Assembly: GCA_003141835.1 (NCBI GenBank)
Contig: PLNR01000005.1
Coordinates: 190,289 to 254,288 of the forward strand
DNA length: 64,000 nt
Reading direction: 5' to 3'
Source of the DNA: Candidatus Omnitrophota bacterium
Lineage (GTDB): Bacteria; Omnitrophota; Gorgyraeia; Pluralincolimonadales; Pluralincolimonadaceae
Both the position numbers and the translations under genes were made by a program. Below are positions 42,751 through 52,952 of this stretch, one piece after another. Each line of letters begins with the position of its first letter. The first letter of the stretch is position 1. The notes beneath the pieces were generated by a model that made no database searches, was not told the origin of the DNA, and saw nothing but the letters and a program-made list of their open reading frames with translations.

Positions 42751-45099
42751 ATGAAAAGGTTGTCTAGGTTATTCTTGGTTGCTTCACTCGTATTAACGGC
42801 TAATGCAGCGCTCGCCCAGGAAACCGTAGCACCTGTGGTCGAGAAGTTCAAGCCGTTCGCTTTCATGAACGACCCGATATTATTTAACAATATGGAAAGG
42901 GTCGCGCTCTGGTCTGTTTTGGGCGTCGCGATACTGGGCCTTCTCTATGCCGGGTTTTTGATGGCGCAGGTCCTCAGATATGACAAAGGTACGCCGAAGA
43001 TGCAGGAGATCTCCACGGCCATCCGCGTCGGCGCGAACGCGTACTTAAGCCGCCAGTTCAAGGCGATAGTATTTTTGGTGTTCATCCTGACGGCCGCGTT
43101 ATATTTTACCGCGGGCGCCACGCACATACAAATAGGAAGGTCCTGCGCGTTCCTTATGGGCGCGTTCTTCTCGGCGATGGTAGGTTTCGTCGGCATGAAC
43201 CTGGCTGTCCAGGGTAATGTCCGCGTAGCCGCGGCCGCGAGGACGAGCTTCGGCCAGGCGCTTAAGATCGCCTATCGCACGGGAACCATAACCGGCATGC
43301 TTACCGACGGCCTCGGGCTGCTGGGCGGCACGGTGATATTCATGATATACGGCGAGCAGGCGTATGAAGTCCTGCTCGGTTTCGGTTTCGGCGGTACTTT
43401 ACTCGCCCTCTTCATGAGGGTCGGCGGCGGTATCTACACGAAAGCGGCTGATGTCGGCGCAGACCTCGTCGGAAAAATAGAAAAGAACATCCCCGAGGAC
43501 GATGCAAGGAACGCCGCGACGATCGCCGATAATGTCGGCGATAATGTCGGCGACTGCGCGGGTATGGCGGCCGATATCTTCGAGTCTTATGAAGTCACGA
43601 TCGTCTCTGCGATGATCCTCGGTTATGCGTCGTTCGGCCACAAGGGAGTTATATTCCCGCTTTTGGTCCGCGCGGTCGGCGTATTGAGTTCGATATTCGG
43701 CACCTATCTTGTCCGCACGAGCGACAAGGTCAGGAACGCGATGCACGCCATCAACGTCGGTTTCTGGTCATCGGCCGCTGTTTCAATAATCGGTTTTGTG
43801 GCCATAGGGTTCTATTACCTGAGGTTCTCTGACAAGCCGCAGCTTGCGAATTGGGCAAGCCTCGGCGTGGCCGGGCTTGATATGAGGCCTGTATACACGA
43901 CAATGGTCGGTATCATCCTGGCCATCGTCATAAACCGTGTTACGGAATATTTCACTAAGCCCGACGCCGCGCCTGTAAGATCGATAGCCAGGGCTACGCA
44001 GACCGGCCACGCGACCACTATCATTACCGGTATCGCGGTCGGCTATGAGTCGACGGTGTGGGCCATTTTAATTATTGCGGCCGCCATCGGCGCTTCAGTC
44101 TTTATATACGCCGGCACGAACCCGACGTATATTGCTTATGGCGTCGCGATGTGCGGTATCGGCATGTTGACGTTGACCGGAAACAATATCTCGATGGACG
44201 TCTTCGGGCCTGTCGCGGATAACGCGAACGGCATCGGCGAGATGGCGCACCTCGATAAAGCCACGCGCCAGACTCTGGCCGACCTCGATGCGGTAGGCAA
44301 CACCACAAAAGCTATCACAAAAGGCATCGCGATCGGTTCGGCGGTCGTCGCGGCCGTTTCGCTTTTTAATGCCTATATCACTGACATCGCGAAAGCCACT
44401 CACTCTACATATGAGCAGATAGCGGCTTCACTATCTATCTCAGAGCCGAATGTATTCATCGGCCTGTTGATAGGCGGCGCGATACCGTTCTTGTTCAGCT
44501 CAATGACAATAAGGGCGGTAGGACGCGCAGCGTTCCTTATCGTCCATGAAGTTAGGAGCCAATTCAAGGATAAAGAGATATGGGAAGGCACGAAGACGCC
44601 GGATTACGGGCGCGTGGTTGACATCTGCACCGCTGCCGCTCAGAGCGAACTTATCGGCCCGGGACTTTTGGCGATACTCGCTCCCATACTTGTAGGCTTG
44701 CTGCTCCATAAAGAGGCGCTCGGCGGTTTCCTTGCCGGCATGATCCTCTCCGGCCAGCTGCTGGCGGTCTTTATGTCGAACGCAGGCGGAGCGTGGGATA
44801 ATGCCAAGAAGACGATCGAGGACGGGCTTTACGGCGGGAAAGGTTCCGAGGCTCACAAGGCATCGGTAACCGGGGATACCGTAGGCGATCCCTTGAAAGA
44901 TACCGCGGGCCCTGCGCTCAATCCGCTCATTAAAGTCATGAACATGGTCGCTTTATTGACCGTAGGCATCATGATAAAGAACGAGAAACTGACTCCCGGC
45001 ATTATAATTATAGGCATCGCCGGAATATCGGTCATACTTTGGGTCATTTTGAGGTCCAGAAGAGAAACGAAAGAGATGTCCCTGGGCGATACAAAATAA
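42751..45099 (+). CDS. hppA: Membrane-bound pyrophosphatase, probably K+-independent H+ pump
   Basis: GGGIYTKAADVGADLVGK, DNVGDNVGD, GNTTKA, GDTVGDPLKD; start at ATG 42751. Confidence 0.93.
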   Translation: MKRLSRLFLVASLVLTANAALAQETVAPVVEKFKPFAFMNDPILFNNMERVALWSVLGVAILGLLYAGFLMAQVLRYDKGTPKMQEISTAIRVGANAYLSRQFKAIVFLVFILTAALYFTAGATHIQIGRSCAFLMGAFFSAMVGFVGMNLAVQGNVRVAAAARTSFGQALKIAYRTGTITGMLTDGLGLLGGTVIFMIYGEQAYEVLLGFGFGGTLLALFMRVGGGIYTKAADVGADLVGKIEKNIPEDDARNAATIADNVGDNVGDCAGMAADIFESYEVTIVSAMILGYASFGHKGVIFPLLVRAVGVLSSIFGTYLVRTSDKVRNAMHAINVGFWSSAAVSIIGFVAIGFYYLRFSDKPQLANWASLGVAGLDMRPVYTTMVGIILAIVINRVTEYFTKPDAAPVRSIARATQTGHATTIITGIAVGYESTVWAILIIAAAIGASVFIYAGTNPTYIAYGVAMCGIGMLTLTGNNISMDVFGPVADNANGIGEMAHLDKATRQTLADLDAVGNTTKAITKGIAIGSAVVAAVSLFNAYITDIAKATHSTYEQIAASLSISEPNVFIGLLIGGAIPFLFSSMTIRAVGRAAFLIVHEVRSQFKDKEIWEGTKTPDYGRVVDICTAAAQSELIGPGLLAILAPILVGLLLHKEALGGFLAGMILSGQLLAVFMSNAGGAWDNAKKTIEDGLYGGKGSEAHKASVTGDTVGDPLKDTAGPALNPLIKVMNMVALLTVGIMIKNEKLTPGIIIIGIAGISVILWVILRSRRETKEMSLGDTK

Positions 45100-45116
45100 C
45101 ATAACGGAGGAATCTC

Positions 45117-45737
45117 ATGTTTTCGCTGATCCCGAAGGAAGTGAAATTTTTTGATATGTTCGTCAGAAGCGCCGAGAACCTGTTGAGGGGCGCTAAGCTC
45201 TTGAGGGAAATATCGAACGATTTCAGCACTTTGGCCGAGGACGCCGCCAAGCTCGAAAGGCTCGAGCACGACAGCGACCAGATCACGCATGAGATAATGG
45301 AAAAACTCAACACGACATTCGTTACCCCCCTGGACAGGGAAGACATACACGAGCTCACGGCGGCCCTCGATGACGTCATGGACTTCATCGAGGCCGCTAC
45401 CGAGCGCATGGTCCTCTATAAGCTGAAGGCCCCTACGCCGGAGATTAAAGATATGGCGGAAGTCATATTGAAGCAGGCGGAAGAGATAAATTTAGTGATG
45501 CCGAAGCTCAAGCAATTGAAACACGCCCAGGTCATGGAGCATTGCATCGAGATAAACCGCCTCGAGAACGAGGGCGACAGGATACAGAGGGAGGCTGTGG
45601 CCAAATTATTCGACGAGAAGGCCGACGCGCTTGAAGTCATCAAATGGAGGGATATCTACGAATATCTCGAGACGGCGACCGATAAATGCGAAGACATAGC
45701 TGTTATCATAGAGGGTATAGTCCTTAAGCATGCATGA
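45117..45737 (+). CDS. DUF47 phosphate transport regulator
   Basis: LEHDSD, FVTPLDREDI, LENEGD, DKCED; upstream of pit. Confidence 0.9.
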   Translation: MFSLIPKEVKFFDMFVRSAENLLRGAKLLREISNDFSTLAEDAAKLERLEHDSDQITHEIMEKLNTTFVTPLDREDIHELTAALDDVMDFIEAATERMVLYKLKAPTPEIKDMAEVILKQAEEINLVMPKLKQLKHAQVMEHCIEINRLENEGDRIQREAVAKLFDEKADALEVIKWRDIYEYLETATDKCEDIAVIIEGIVLKHA

Positions 45738-46737
45738 TGGCCTCCTGCTTGTCATACCGGTAATCGCTTTTGCGCTGATCTTTGATTTCCTGAACGGTTT
45801 CCACGATTCCGCGAATTCGATAGCGACGGTGGTTTCGACTAGGGTGCTTTCCCCGCGTTTCGCGGTCATCTGGGCCGCGTTCTTTAATTTTATCGCTTTC
45901 CTTTTTTTCGGCCTCCATGTCGCGAATACGATAGGCAAAGGCATCATTGATATCGCCATCATCGACAAGACGATCATTTTCGGGACACTCGTGGGCGCCT
46001 GCGGCTGGAATATCATCACATGGTTTTTCGGGCTCCCGACAAGTTCTTCGCACGCGCTTATCGGAGGGTTGGTCGGCTCGGCATTGGTAAAAGCCGGCAC
46101 CGGCGCTCTTGTATGGAACGGGATAATTAAGACGGTGGTTTTTATTTTCGTTTCACCGATACTCGGTTTTTTCCTGGGCCTGGCCTTCGGCGTGGCGGTA
46201 TACTGGATCTTCAGCAGGAGCTCGCCGACCAGGGTCGACCACGTTTTCAGGAAAGGGCAGCTTGTATCGGCGGCGCTCTATAGTCTGGGCCACGGCGGCA
46301 ACGACGCGCAAAAGACGATGGGCATTATCGCCAGCCTTCTTTTCAGCGCGGGTTACCTTGGCCCGACATTCCACATCCCCCTTTGGATCGTGTTGACGTG
46401 CCATGCGGCTATTGCCCTCGGCACGATGTTCGGCGGGTGGCGCATCGTCAAGACTATGGGCCAGAAGGTCTCGAAACTCAAGCCGGTCGACGGTTTTTGC
46501 GCCGAGTCAGGCGCCGCGGCCACATTGTTCATGTCTTCGGCGTTCGGCATCCCGGTGAGCACCACGCACACGATCACCGGCGCTATCATGGGCGTCGGTT
46601 CGCTCAAAAGGTTGAGCGCGGTCAAATGGGGCGTCGCGGGCCAGATCGTATGGGCGTGGGTATTGACCATACCGTGCTCGGCGGCGATATCGGCATTGAC
46701 TTATTTTTTGATCCGTTTCGCCAGATCCCGCTTTTAA
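45730..46737 (+). CDS. pit: Inorganic phosphate transporter (PiT family)
   Basis: NGFHDSANSIAT, PTSSSH, HGGNDAQK, PVSTTH. Confidence 0.94.
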   Translation: MHDGLLLVIPVIAFALIFDFLNGFHDSANSIATVVSTRVLSPRFAVIWAAFFNFIAFLFFGLHVANTIGKGIIDIAIIDKTIIFGTLVGACGWNIITWFFGLPTSSSHALIGGLVGSALVKAGTGALVWNGIIKTVVFIFVSPILGFFLGLAFGVAVYWIFSRSSPTRVDHVFRKGQLVSAALYSLGHGGNDAQKTMGIIASLLFSAGYLGPTFHIPLWIVLTCHAAIALGTMFGGWRIVKTMGQKVSKLKPVDGFCAESGAAATLFMSSAFGIPVSTTHTITGAIMGVGSLKRLSAVKWGVAGQIVWAWVLTIPCSAAISALTYFLIRFARSRF

Positions 46738-46766
46738 TTGACATAGAAGCGCTTTTTTGATAAGAT
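46738..46766 (+). promoter_or_regulatory. Sigma70-type promoter
   Basis: TTGACA-17 bp-TAAGAT with extended -10 TG. Confidence 0.72.
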
Positions 46767-46785
46767 TAAAAAAGGAGTTGCTCCG

Positions 46786-47499
46786 GTGCGGAGGCCTTTC
46801 TATACAGCGGTTTTAGCCCTCATTTTGATTTCGTTCTTCAATTCGGCAAATCCGGAAGAGAAGGCCATAGAGGCTGCGCCCTCGCCCGTAACATCGTCGA
46901 CGGCGGCAGCCGTTGAAGTTCCGGCACCGCCGGCGTTGCCGGCGGCAACACCGGCGATACCCGAAGAAGAATCGGTGAAGGTCCTTATCGATGATTTCCT
47001 TCCCGACGGGGCCGTGGCACAGGGTACATGGGATTGGGATAGTGCGTTAAAATACCGCGGCGAAAAGTCCCACACGCAGCCGGCGGCGAAAGGTTTGACA
47101 GAGCATTCTTACAGGGCCGCTCCGGTAGACGTACCGGAGGGCTGTTTATTGGAACAATATGTATACCTTGATCCCAAGGATACCCCGACCGGGATAATGC
47201 TGACGTTCAAGTTCGAGGCCGAGGACAGGGAAGGCGAGATCGGCGTCTATCGCGAGGGCGAGGAAGAGGTATTCGTCTTCAATGAAGACGAGCCGGTGAT
47301 ATACGATGGTACGTTACCGGAATCCGGCAAATGGGAAAAATGGACTATCGATCCCGATGACCTCGACCTTAAGGGCGCCAAGATAACAGGTATCTCATTC
47401 GCGGTCTACGGCGGAAAGGCGAACTGGGACCTTACGCGTTTCGTTCCGTCGAAAAAAATAAAACAAAATTCGGAACCCTGGAAGGGTCCTAATAACTAA
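46786..47499 (+). CDS. Hypothetical exported acidic protein
   Basis: AGGAG RBS plus GTG start, signal-like N-terminus, Ala/Pro linker, Trp-containing beta-rich domain. Confidence 0.7.
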   Translation: MRRPFYTAVLALILISFFNSANPEEKAIEAAPSPVTSSTAAAVEVPAPPALPAATPAIPEEESVKVLIDDFLPDGAVAQGTWDWDSALKYRGEKSHTQPAAKGLTEHSYRAAPVDVPEGCLLEQYVYLDPKDTPTGIMLTFKFEAEDREGEIGVYREGEEEVFVFNEDEPVIYDGTLPESGKWEKWTIDPDDLDLKGAKITGISFAVYGGKANWDLTRFVPSKKIKQNSEPWKGPNN

Positions 47500-47510
47500 A
47501 GGAGAGGGGC

Positions 47511-48011
47511 ATGTCAAAGAAAAGCGTGGTAGTGTTAGTGGTAGTGTTATCGGTATTCCTTTTGTCCAGCATCGTCCTGGCGATGGGCAGGAAAGTAAAA
47601 CCCGCAGAACAGCAGCCCGCGTCGCTCGGCACGTCACAACCGGAAGTCGAATTGGTAAAACCCGAACAACTCGAAACAACCCCTCCTATAACCGAAGAGA
47701 TGAAAGAGAAGAAACCCCAGGATACGGGCATACAGCTCGCCGGGGATGAAGCGACGAAGAACAGGCAGGTACAGGCCGCCCTTAAGAACGCCGGCTACGA
47801 TCCCGGGACCATCGACGGGAAATTAGGCGCCAAATCGAAGAAGGCGATAAAGGATTTCCAGGCAGCAAACGGCCTTAAAGCCGACGGCAAAGTCGGGGCT
47901 AAGACATGGGCGAAATTGAGCACATATATTTTACCGGCCGGGACCACGGAGAGCGGAGCCGCCCCGGTTACGAATTTTGAAAAGGCCGCGCCGAAAAAAG
48001 GAGGCAAATAA
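47511..48011 (+). CDS. Peptidoglycan-binding domain protein
   Basis: VQAALKNAGYDPGTIDGKLG.KS..AI..FQ..NGL.ADG.VG..TW (PG_binding_1 pattern). Confidence 0.88.
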   Translation: MSKKSVVVLVVVLSVFLLSSIVLAMGRKVKPAEQQPASLGTSQPEVELVKPEQLETTPPITEEMKEKKPQDTGIQLAGDEATKNRQVQAALKNAGYDPGTIDGKLGAKSKKAIKDFQAANGLKADGKVGAKTWAKLSTYILPAGTTESGAAPVTNFEKAAPKKGGK

Positions 48012-48682
48012 TGTTCAAGATATCCAGGTTAGGCATAACTGCATTATTATTGGCCGCGGTCTTCGCGGCCTCAGGTTGCGCGGTAGGATTCTACAAGCGC
48101 AGCCCCAACGACATGAAGAAGATAGAAGACCTCAAGGGCGAGGTCGATCGCCTCATGTTATTGAGGAACCAGGAGAACAGGGAGCTTGAGGCTGCCAAAG
48201 CCGAGCTCGAGAAGAGGCTAAGGGGCGAGCAAGGCGTAAGCGTAGAGATGAGCGAGCGCGGCCTCGTCGTGACTTTCCTCGCAGAGGTGCTCTTCGATTC
48301 CGGCAAGGCGAAAGTAAAGGCCGGCGCGCACGATGTTTTGGATAAAGTCGCGAAGGTAATTACCGATAAGGCCCCGGACAGGAACATCGCGGTCGAGGGC
48401 CATACCGATAACGAGCCGATAAAGAAATCCGGCTGGAAGTCGAACTGGGAGCTTTCCACGGCCAGGGCGACGTCGGTCCTCCATTATCTCGAGGAGAAGG
48501 GCATGGATCCCAGGAAATTACAGGCTACCGGTTACGGCGAATACCGTACGGTTGCTTCCAACGATACAGTCGAGGGCAGGCAGAAGAACAGAAGGGTAGA
48601 GATCATAATATTGCCTAAGATGTCGAAGGCTGAATCCGAATTCCTCAAGGAGCACGAGAAGGAGTCGGAATACACTAAATAG
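48011..48682 (+). CDS. MotB/OmpA-family lipoprotein
   Basis: Lipobox ASGC, coiled coil, LFDSG, EGHTD, NWELSTARA, NRRVEI. Confidence 0.88.
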   Translation: MFKISRLGITALLLAAVFAASGCAVGFYKRSPNDMKKIEDLKGEVDRLMLLRNQENRELEAAKAELEKRLRGEQGVSVEMSERGLVVTFLAEVLFDSGKAKVKAGAHDVLDKVAKVITDKAPDRNIAVEGHTDNEPIKKSGWKSNWELSTARATSVLHYLEEKGMDPRKLQATGYGEYRTVASNDTVEGRQKNRRVEIIILPKMSKAESEFLKEHEKESEYTK

Positions 48683-48708
48683 GACGGCTTTAGATAGCGG
48701 AAGCGAAA

Positions 48709-48741
48709 AAACGTCGTCCTCATCATCCGGGGACGACGTTT
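48709..48741. terminator. Putative intrinsic terminator hairpin
   Basis: AAACGTCGTCC / GGACGACGTTT 11-bp stem; the plus-strand U-tract is short. Confidence 0.5.
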
Positions 48742-48766
48742 GATTATCGGGAGGAGGCGGATTTTC

Positions 48767-49798
48767 ATGAAGAAGAAAAAGACCAAAATCGCAAAGAAGA
48801 TCATTAAAAAAACGGTGAAAGCCGTGAAAAAAAAGGCCGGGGCCGCTGCCGGGCGGGTGATAAAGAAGGTGAAGCCCGCCGCAAGAAAGGCTAAAAAGAC
48901 GCGCGCCGCCAGGAAGATAGCGGCGATCATGACCCCGAGGGTCGAGGTGGGCCGCGACAGGGCCGAGGAATCCAAATATTACCCGCGTCCCACGCCTTAT
49001 CTGCCTCCGAGGCAATGGGAGCACGAGGAGTTACCGTCGAAATACGGCGATACCCGCATCGTCGCGATGACAAGGGATCCCCATTGGATATTCGCTTATT
49101 GGGAGGTCACCGACGACAGGCGCATGCAGGTCGAGCGCGAGGCAAGCGCTTCGTGGAACGACCTCAGGAAAGTATTGCGCGTCTACGATGTCACCGGCAA
49201 GGACTTCAACGGCTCGAATGCCAACAGGTTTTTTGATATAGACATTAACTCCGAAGCCATTAACTGGTACATCAACGTCGGCGAGCCGAACAGGTCCTGG
49301 TGCGTCGACTTGGGCGCGATCACGTCGAGCGGAAAGTTCATCATGATCGCCCGCTCGAATATCGTCTCCACGCCGCGCGACGGCGCCTCTGACGTCATCG
49401 ACGAAGAGTGGATGTCGGTCGAGGAGCAGTTCCTGAAACTCTACGGCCTCTGGGGAGGGTTCGCCGGCGCGTCGCCGGGCAAAGCCCAGATAAAAAAGAT
49501 AATGAAGGAACGCCTCCAGCAGGCGCTTGCTTCCGGAGGGATCAGCTCCTTCACCCGGCCGGAAAAATTCCGCGGCTTTTGGATGGTCGTAAACACGGAG
49601 CTTATAGTATACGGCGCGACCGAGCCTGACGCGACTGTCACGGTCCAGGGCAGGCCCATAAAGCTCAACCGCGACGGGTCGTTCTCGCTGCGTTTCGCGC
49701 TTCCCGACGGGGAGCAGGTGATACCGGTGAAGGGTGTCTCAGCCGACAAGGCAGAAGAGAGAACGATAACGCCCATAGTCAAGAAATACACAAGATAA
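48767..49798 (+). CDS. DUF4912 protein with Lys/Ala-rich N-terminus
   Basis: LPSKYG...RDPHW..YWE, WY, RSN...P, ELIVYGATEP..V; adjacent to GH57. Confidence 0.82.
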   Translation: MKKKKTKIAKKIIKKTVKAVKKKAGAAAGRVIKKVKPAARKAKKTRAARKIAAIMTPRVEVGRDRAEESKYYPRPTPYLPPRQWEHEELPSKYGDTRIVAMTRDPHWIFAYWEVTDDRRMQVEREASASWNDLRKVLRVYDVTGKDFNGSNANRFFDIDINSEAINWYINVGEPNRSWCVDLGAITSSGKFIMIARSNIVSTPRDGASDVIDEEWMSVEEQFLKLYGLWGGFAGASPGKAQIKKIMKERLQQALASGGISSFTRPEKFRGFWMVVNTELIVYGATEPDATVTVQGRPIKLNRDGSFSLRFALPDGEQVIPVKGVSADKAEERTITPIVKKYTR

Positions 49799-51379
49799 AT
49801 GGAAAAAGGCTACCTCTGCATAGTCCTGCACAGCCACCTGCCCTATGTCCGGCATCCGGAATATGAGGACTTCCTCGAGGAGGACTGGCTTTACGAGGCG
49901 ATAACCGAGACATACATCCCGCTTATCAGCGTCTATAACGGGCTGGTCAAAGATGGCGTGGATTTTCGCATAACGATGTCGATCACGCCTACGCTATGCT
50001 CGATGCTCGCCGACCCGCTCCTCCAGGACAGGTATGTTAAGCATCTCGAATCCCTCATCGAACTCTCCGCCAAAGAAGTGGAGCGCACGAGATGGGAACC
50101 CGCATTTAACAGGCTCGCCCTGATGTACCAGGCGAAATTCATCGAGACCCGCCAGATATTCGCCGACAAATACCATAAGAATATCCTGACCGCGTTCAAG
50201 GAATTCCAGGATATGGGCAAGCTCGAGATAATAACCTGCAACGCCACGCACGGCTTCCTGCCGCTCATGGAGGTCAACCCGAAATCGGTGCAGGCGCAGG
50301 TCCATGTCGGCGCCGACAATTACGAGAGGTTCTTCGGCAGGCGCCCGAGGGGCACGTGGCTCGCCGAATGCGGTTATTATCCCGGCGTCGATAAGTACGT
50401 GAAGGAAGCGGGGGTAAGGTATTTCTTCGTCGATACTCACGCGATACTCCACGCCAGCCCGCGCCCGAAATACGGCGTCTACGCGCCGATATTCTGCAGG
50501 TCCGGCGTCGCCGCCTTCGGCAGGGATTTCGAATCCTCGAAACAGGTCTGGAGTTCGATCGAGGGCTATCCCGGTGATTTCAATTACCGCGACTTCTACC
50601 GCGATATAGGTTTCGACCTTGATTTCGATTACATAAAACCCTACATACAAAAAGACGGCATCAGGATAAACACGGGGATGAAATATTACAGGATAACAGG
50701 CAAGACCGACCAGAAGGAACCGTACAATCCCGACTGGGCGCGCGACTCGGCCGGGGCTCACGCCGGGAATTTCGTCTTCAACAGGGTGAAACAGGTTGAG
50801 TACCTTTTCGACGTGATGGGGAAGAAGCCGATGATCGTCGCCCCTTACGACGCGGAGCTCTACGGCCACTGGTGGTACGAGGGCCCGATGTTCCTCGATT
50901 TCCTTTTCAGGAAACTGCATTACGACCAGAAGACGGTAAAAGCCATAACGCCTTCGGAATATCTCGAACTGAACCCGCGCAACCAGGTCTCGACACCGTC
51001 GATGTCGAGCTGGGGTTACAAGGGATACGCCGAGCACTGGCTCGACGGCTCCAATGACTGGATATACAGGCACCTGCATAAGGCCTCTGACCGTATGACT
51101 GAATTGGCCGGTACTTACAAGGATGCGGCAGGGTTGCAGCGCCGCGCCCTCAACCAGGCGTTACGCGAGCTGCTGCTCGCTCAATCCAGCGATTGGGCCT
51201 TCATAATGAAGACCGGCACCGTCGTCCAGTACGCGGTGAAGAGGACCAAGGACCATATTTTAAGGTTTACCCGGCTCTATGACGACATAAAGGCGGACCG
51301 CGTAGATGAGGCGTGGCTCGCCGATATCGAATCGAAGGATAATATCTTTCCGGAGATAGACTACAGAGTCCATACCTAA
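49799..51379 (+). CDS. GH57 1,4-alpha-glucan branching enzyme (DUF1957)
   Basis: HSHLPYV, ETYIPL, WLAECGY, YDAELYGHWWYEGP, QSSDWAF. Confidence 0.92.
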   Translation: MEKGYLCIVLHSHLPYVRHPEYEDFLEEDWLYEAITETYIPLISVYNGLVKDGVDFRITMSITPTLCSMLADPLLQDRYVKHLESLIELSAKEVERTRWEPAFNRLALMYQAKFIETRQIFADKYHKNILTAFKEFQDMGKLEIITCNATHGFLPLMEVNPKSVQAQVHVGADNYERFFGRRPRGTWLAECGYYPGVDKYVKEAGVRYFFVDTHAILHASPRPKYGVYAPIFCRSGVAAFGRDFESSKQVWSSIEGYPGDFNYRDFYRDIGFDLDFDYIKPYIQKDGIRINTGMKYYRITGKTDQKEPYNPDWARDSAGAHAGNFVFNRVKQVEYLFDVMGKKPMIVAPYDAELYGHWWYEGPMFLDFLFRKLHYDQKTVKAITPSEYLELNPRNQVSTPSMSSWGYKGYAEHWLDGSNDWIYRHLHKASDRMTELAGTYKDAAGLQRRALNQALRELLLAQSSDWAFIMKTGTVVQYAVKRTKDHILRFTRLYDDIKADRVDEAWLADIESKDNIFPEIDYRVHT

Positions 51380-51381
51380 AG

Positions 51382-52089
51382 ATGCCCGATAAAGAAGATC
51401 TTCCTTTGCATATCGCCGTCATAATGGACGGCAACGGCAGGTGGGCAAAGAAACGCGGCCTGCCGCGCGTTATGGGCCACCGCGCCGGAATGAAATCCGT
51501 CAAAGAAGTCATAAAGTCATGCCGCGAGCTGGGCGTAAAATACCTGACGCTCTACGCGTTCTCCTCGGAGAACTGGAAACGCCCGAAAGCGGAAGTCGAA
51601 GCCCTGATGCGCTTCCTTAATGAATATATAGACAAGGAATTACGGTCCTTCCTCAAAAACGGGATAAGGCTGAATTTTATCGGCAGGATATCCGGCCTCC
51701 CGGATTACGTGCGCCCCAAATTAAATGAGGCGATGGAGGCGACGAAGGGTTGCGGCGCGATGACGGTCAATGTCGCGCTCAATTACAGCGGCAGGGGGGA
51801 GATCGTGGACGCGGCGAAGATATTCGCCTCGCAGGTAAAGGCCGGAAAGCTCGGCGCTGACGATCTCGATGAGGATTCTTTTTCCGGGTTCCTGTACACG
51901 GCAGGCCAGCCGGATCCGGACCTGCTGATACGCACCTCAGGCGAGATGCGGATATCGAATTTCCTCCTCTGGCAAATATCTTACGCGGAATTATACGTGA
52001 CGCCGAAACTCTGGCCGGATTTCAGGAAGGGCGACCTGATGGACGCCATAAAGGAATACCGGAAACGCGAAAGAAGGTTCGGGGCATGA
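51382..52089 (+). CDS. uppS: Undecaprenyl diphosphate synthase
   Basis: IMDGNGRWA, FSSENWKRP, RTSGEMRISNF. Confidence 0.96.
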   Translation: MPDKEDLPLHIAVIMDGNGRWAKKRGLPRVMGHRAGMKSVKEVIKSCRELGVKYLTLYAFSSENWKRPKAEVEALMRFLNEYIDKELRSFLKNGIRLNFIGRISGLPDYVRPKLNEAMEATKGCGAMTVNVALNYSGRGEIVDAAKIFASQVKAGKLGADDLDEDSFSGFLYTAGQPDPDLLIRTSGEMRISNFLLWQISYAELYVTPKLWPDFRKGDLMDAIKEYRKRERRFGA

Positions 52090-52952
52090 CCGGACAACCT
52101 GGTTGCGATCACAGCAACCATAATAAGCGCAACAACCTCATTCCGAGGCTGATAAGTTCGGTCCTTATAATATTATTCGTGATCTTCACCGTCCTGGTCT
52201 GGCCGGATTGGTTCTTCTGCCTGGTCCTTACCGTCATGATAGCGATGGCGCTCAACGAGTTCTACTCGCTCGTCGAGAAAAAGGGGATACCGATATTCAA
52301 GATAAGCGGTATCTCGATAGCCATCCTCGTCCCGACATCGATATTCTTCGCCTTCGAGCCCACGAAAGGGTGGGAACTGCTTTTCATCATCGCCGTAGTC
52401 CTTACCATATTTATTCTTCAATTCACGCGCCGTGAGAGTGAGAACGCGATAGCCGGCGTCTCGACGACGATATTCGGCATCCTTTATATCAGCTGGACGT
52501 TCAGTTTCCTGATGAAGCTGAAGCTTATAGAGCATGACGGCCTGCCTGACGGGAGCCTGCTGGTAGCGTTCCTGCTCCTGGTCACGAAGATCGGCGATAT
52601 AGGCGCTTATTTTGTCGGGACGTATTTCGGGAAGCACAGCCTCATAGCGAGGATAAGCCCGAAAAAATCCGTCGAGGGGGCGATAGGCGGGTTCGTATGC
52701 AGCGTGGCTGCCGCCCTTATAAGCAAGTCGTTCCTGCCGTCTATCTCCCTATACCACCTCTTTATCCTGGGCTGCATCCTGGGGGTGCTGGCGCAGGTCG
52801 GCGACCTGACCGAGTCATTGATAAAACGCGACAGCCAGGTCAAGGATTCGGCGTCGCTTATCCCTGGGATGGGCGGGATGCTCGACCTCATCGACAGCAT
52901 TTTATTTACGGCGCCGACGTTATATTTTTACGCCCTTAAATTCCTCAAATGA
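52086..52952 (+). CDS. cdsA: Phosphatidate cytidylyltransferase
   Basis: [29 protein letters not shown]...PG.GG.LD. Confidence 0.94.
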   Translation: MTGQPGCDHSNHNKRNNLIPRLISSVLIILFVIFTVLVWPDWFFCLVLTVMIAMALNEFYSLVEKKGIPIFKISGISIAILVPTSIFFAFEPTKGWELLFIIAVVLTIFILQFTRRESENAIAGVSTTIFGILYISWTFSFLMKLKLIEHDGLPDGSLLVAFLLLVTKIGDIGAYFVGTYFGKHSLIARISPKKSVEGAIGGFVCSVAAALISKSFLPSISLYHLFILGCILGVLAQVGDLTESLIKRDSQVKDSASLIPGMGGMLDLIDSILFTAPTLYFYALKFLK

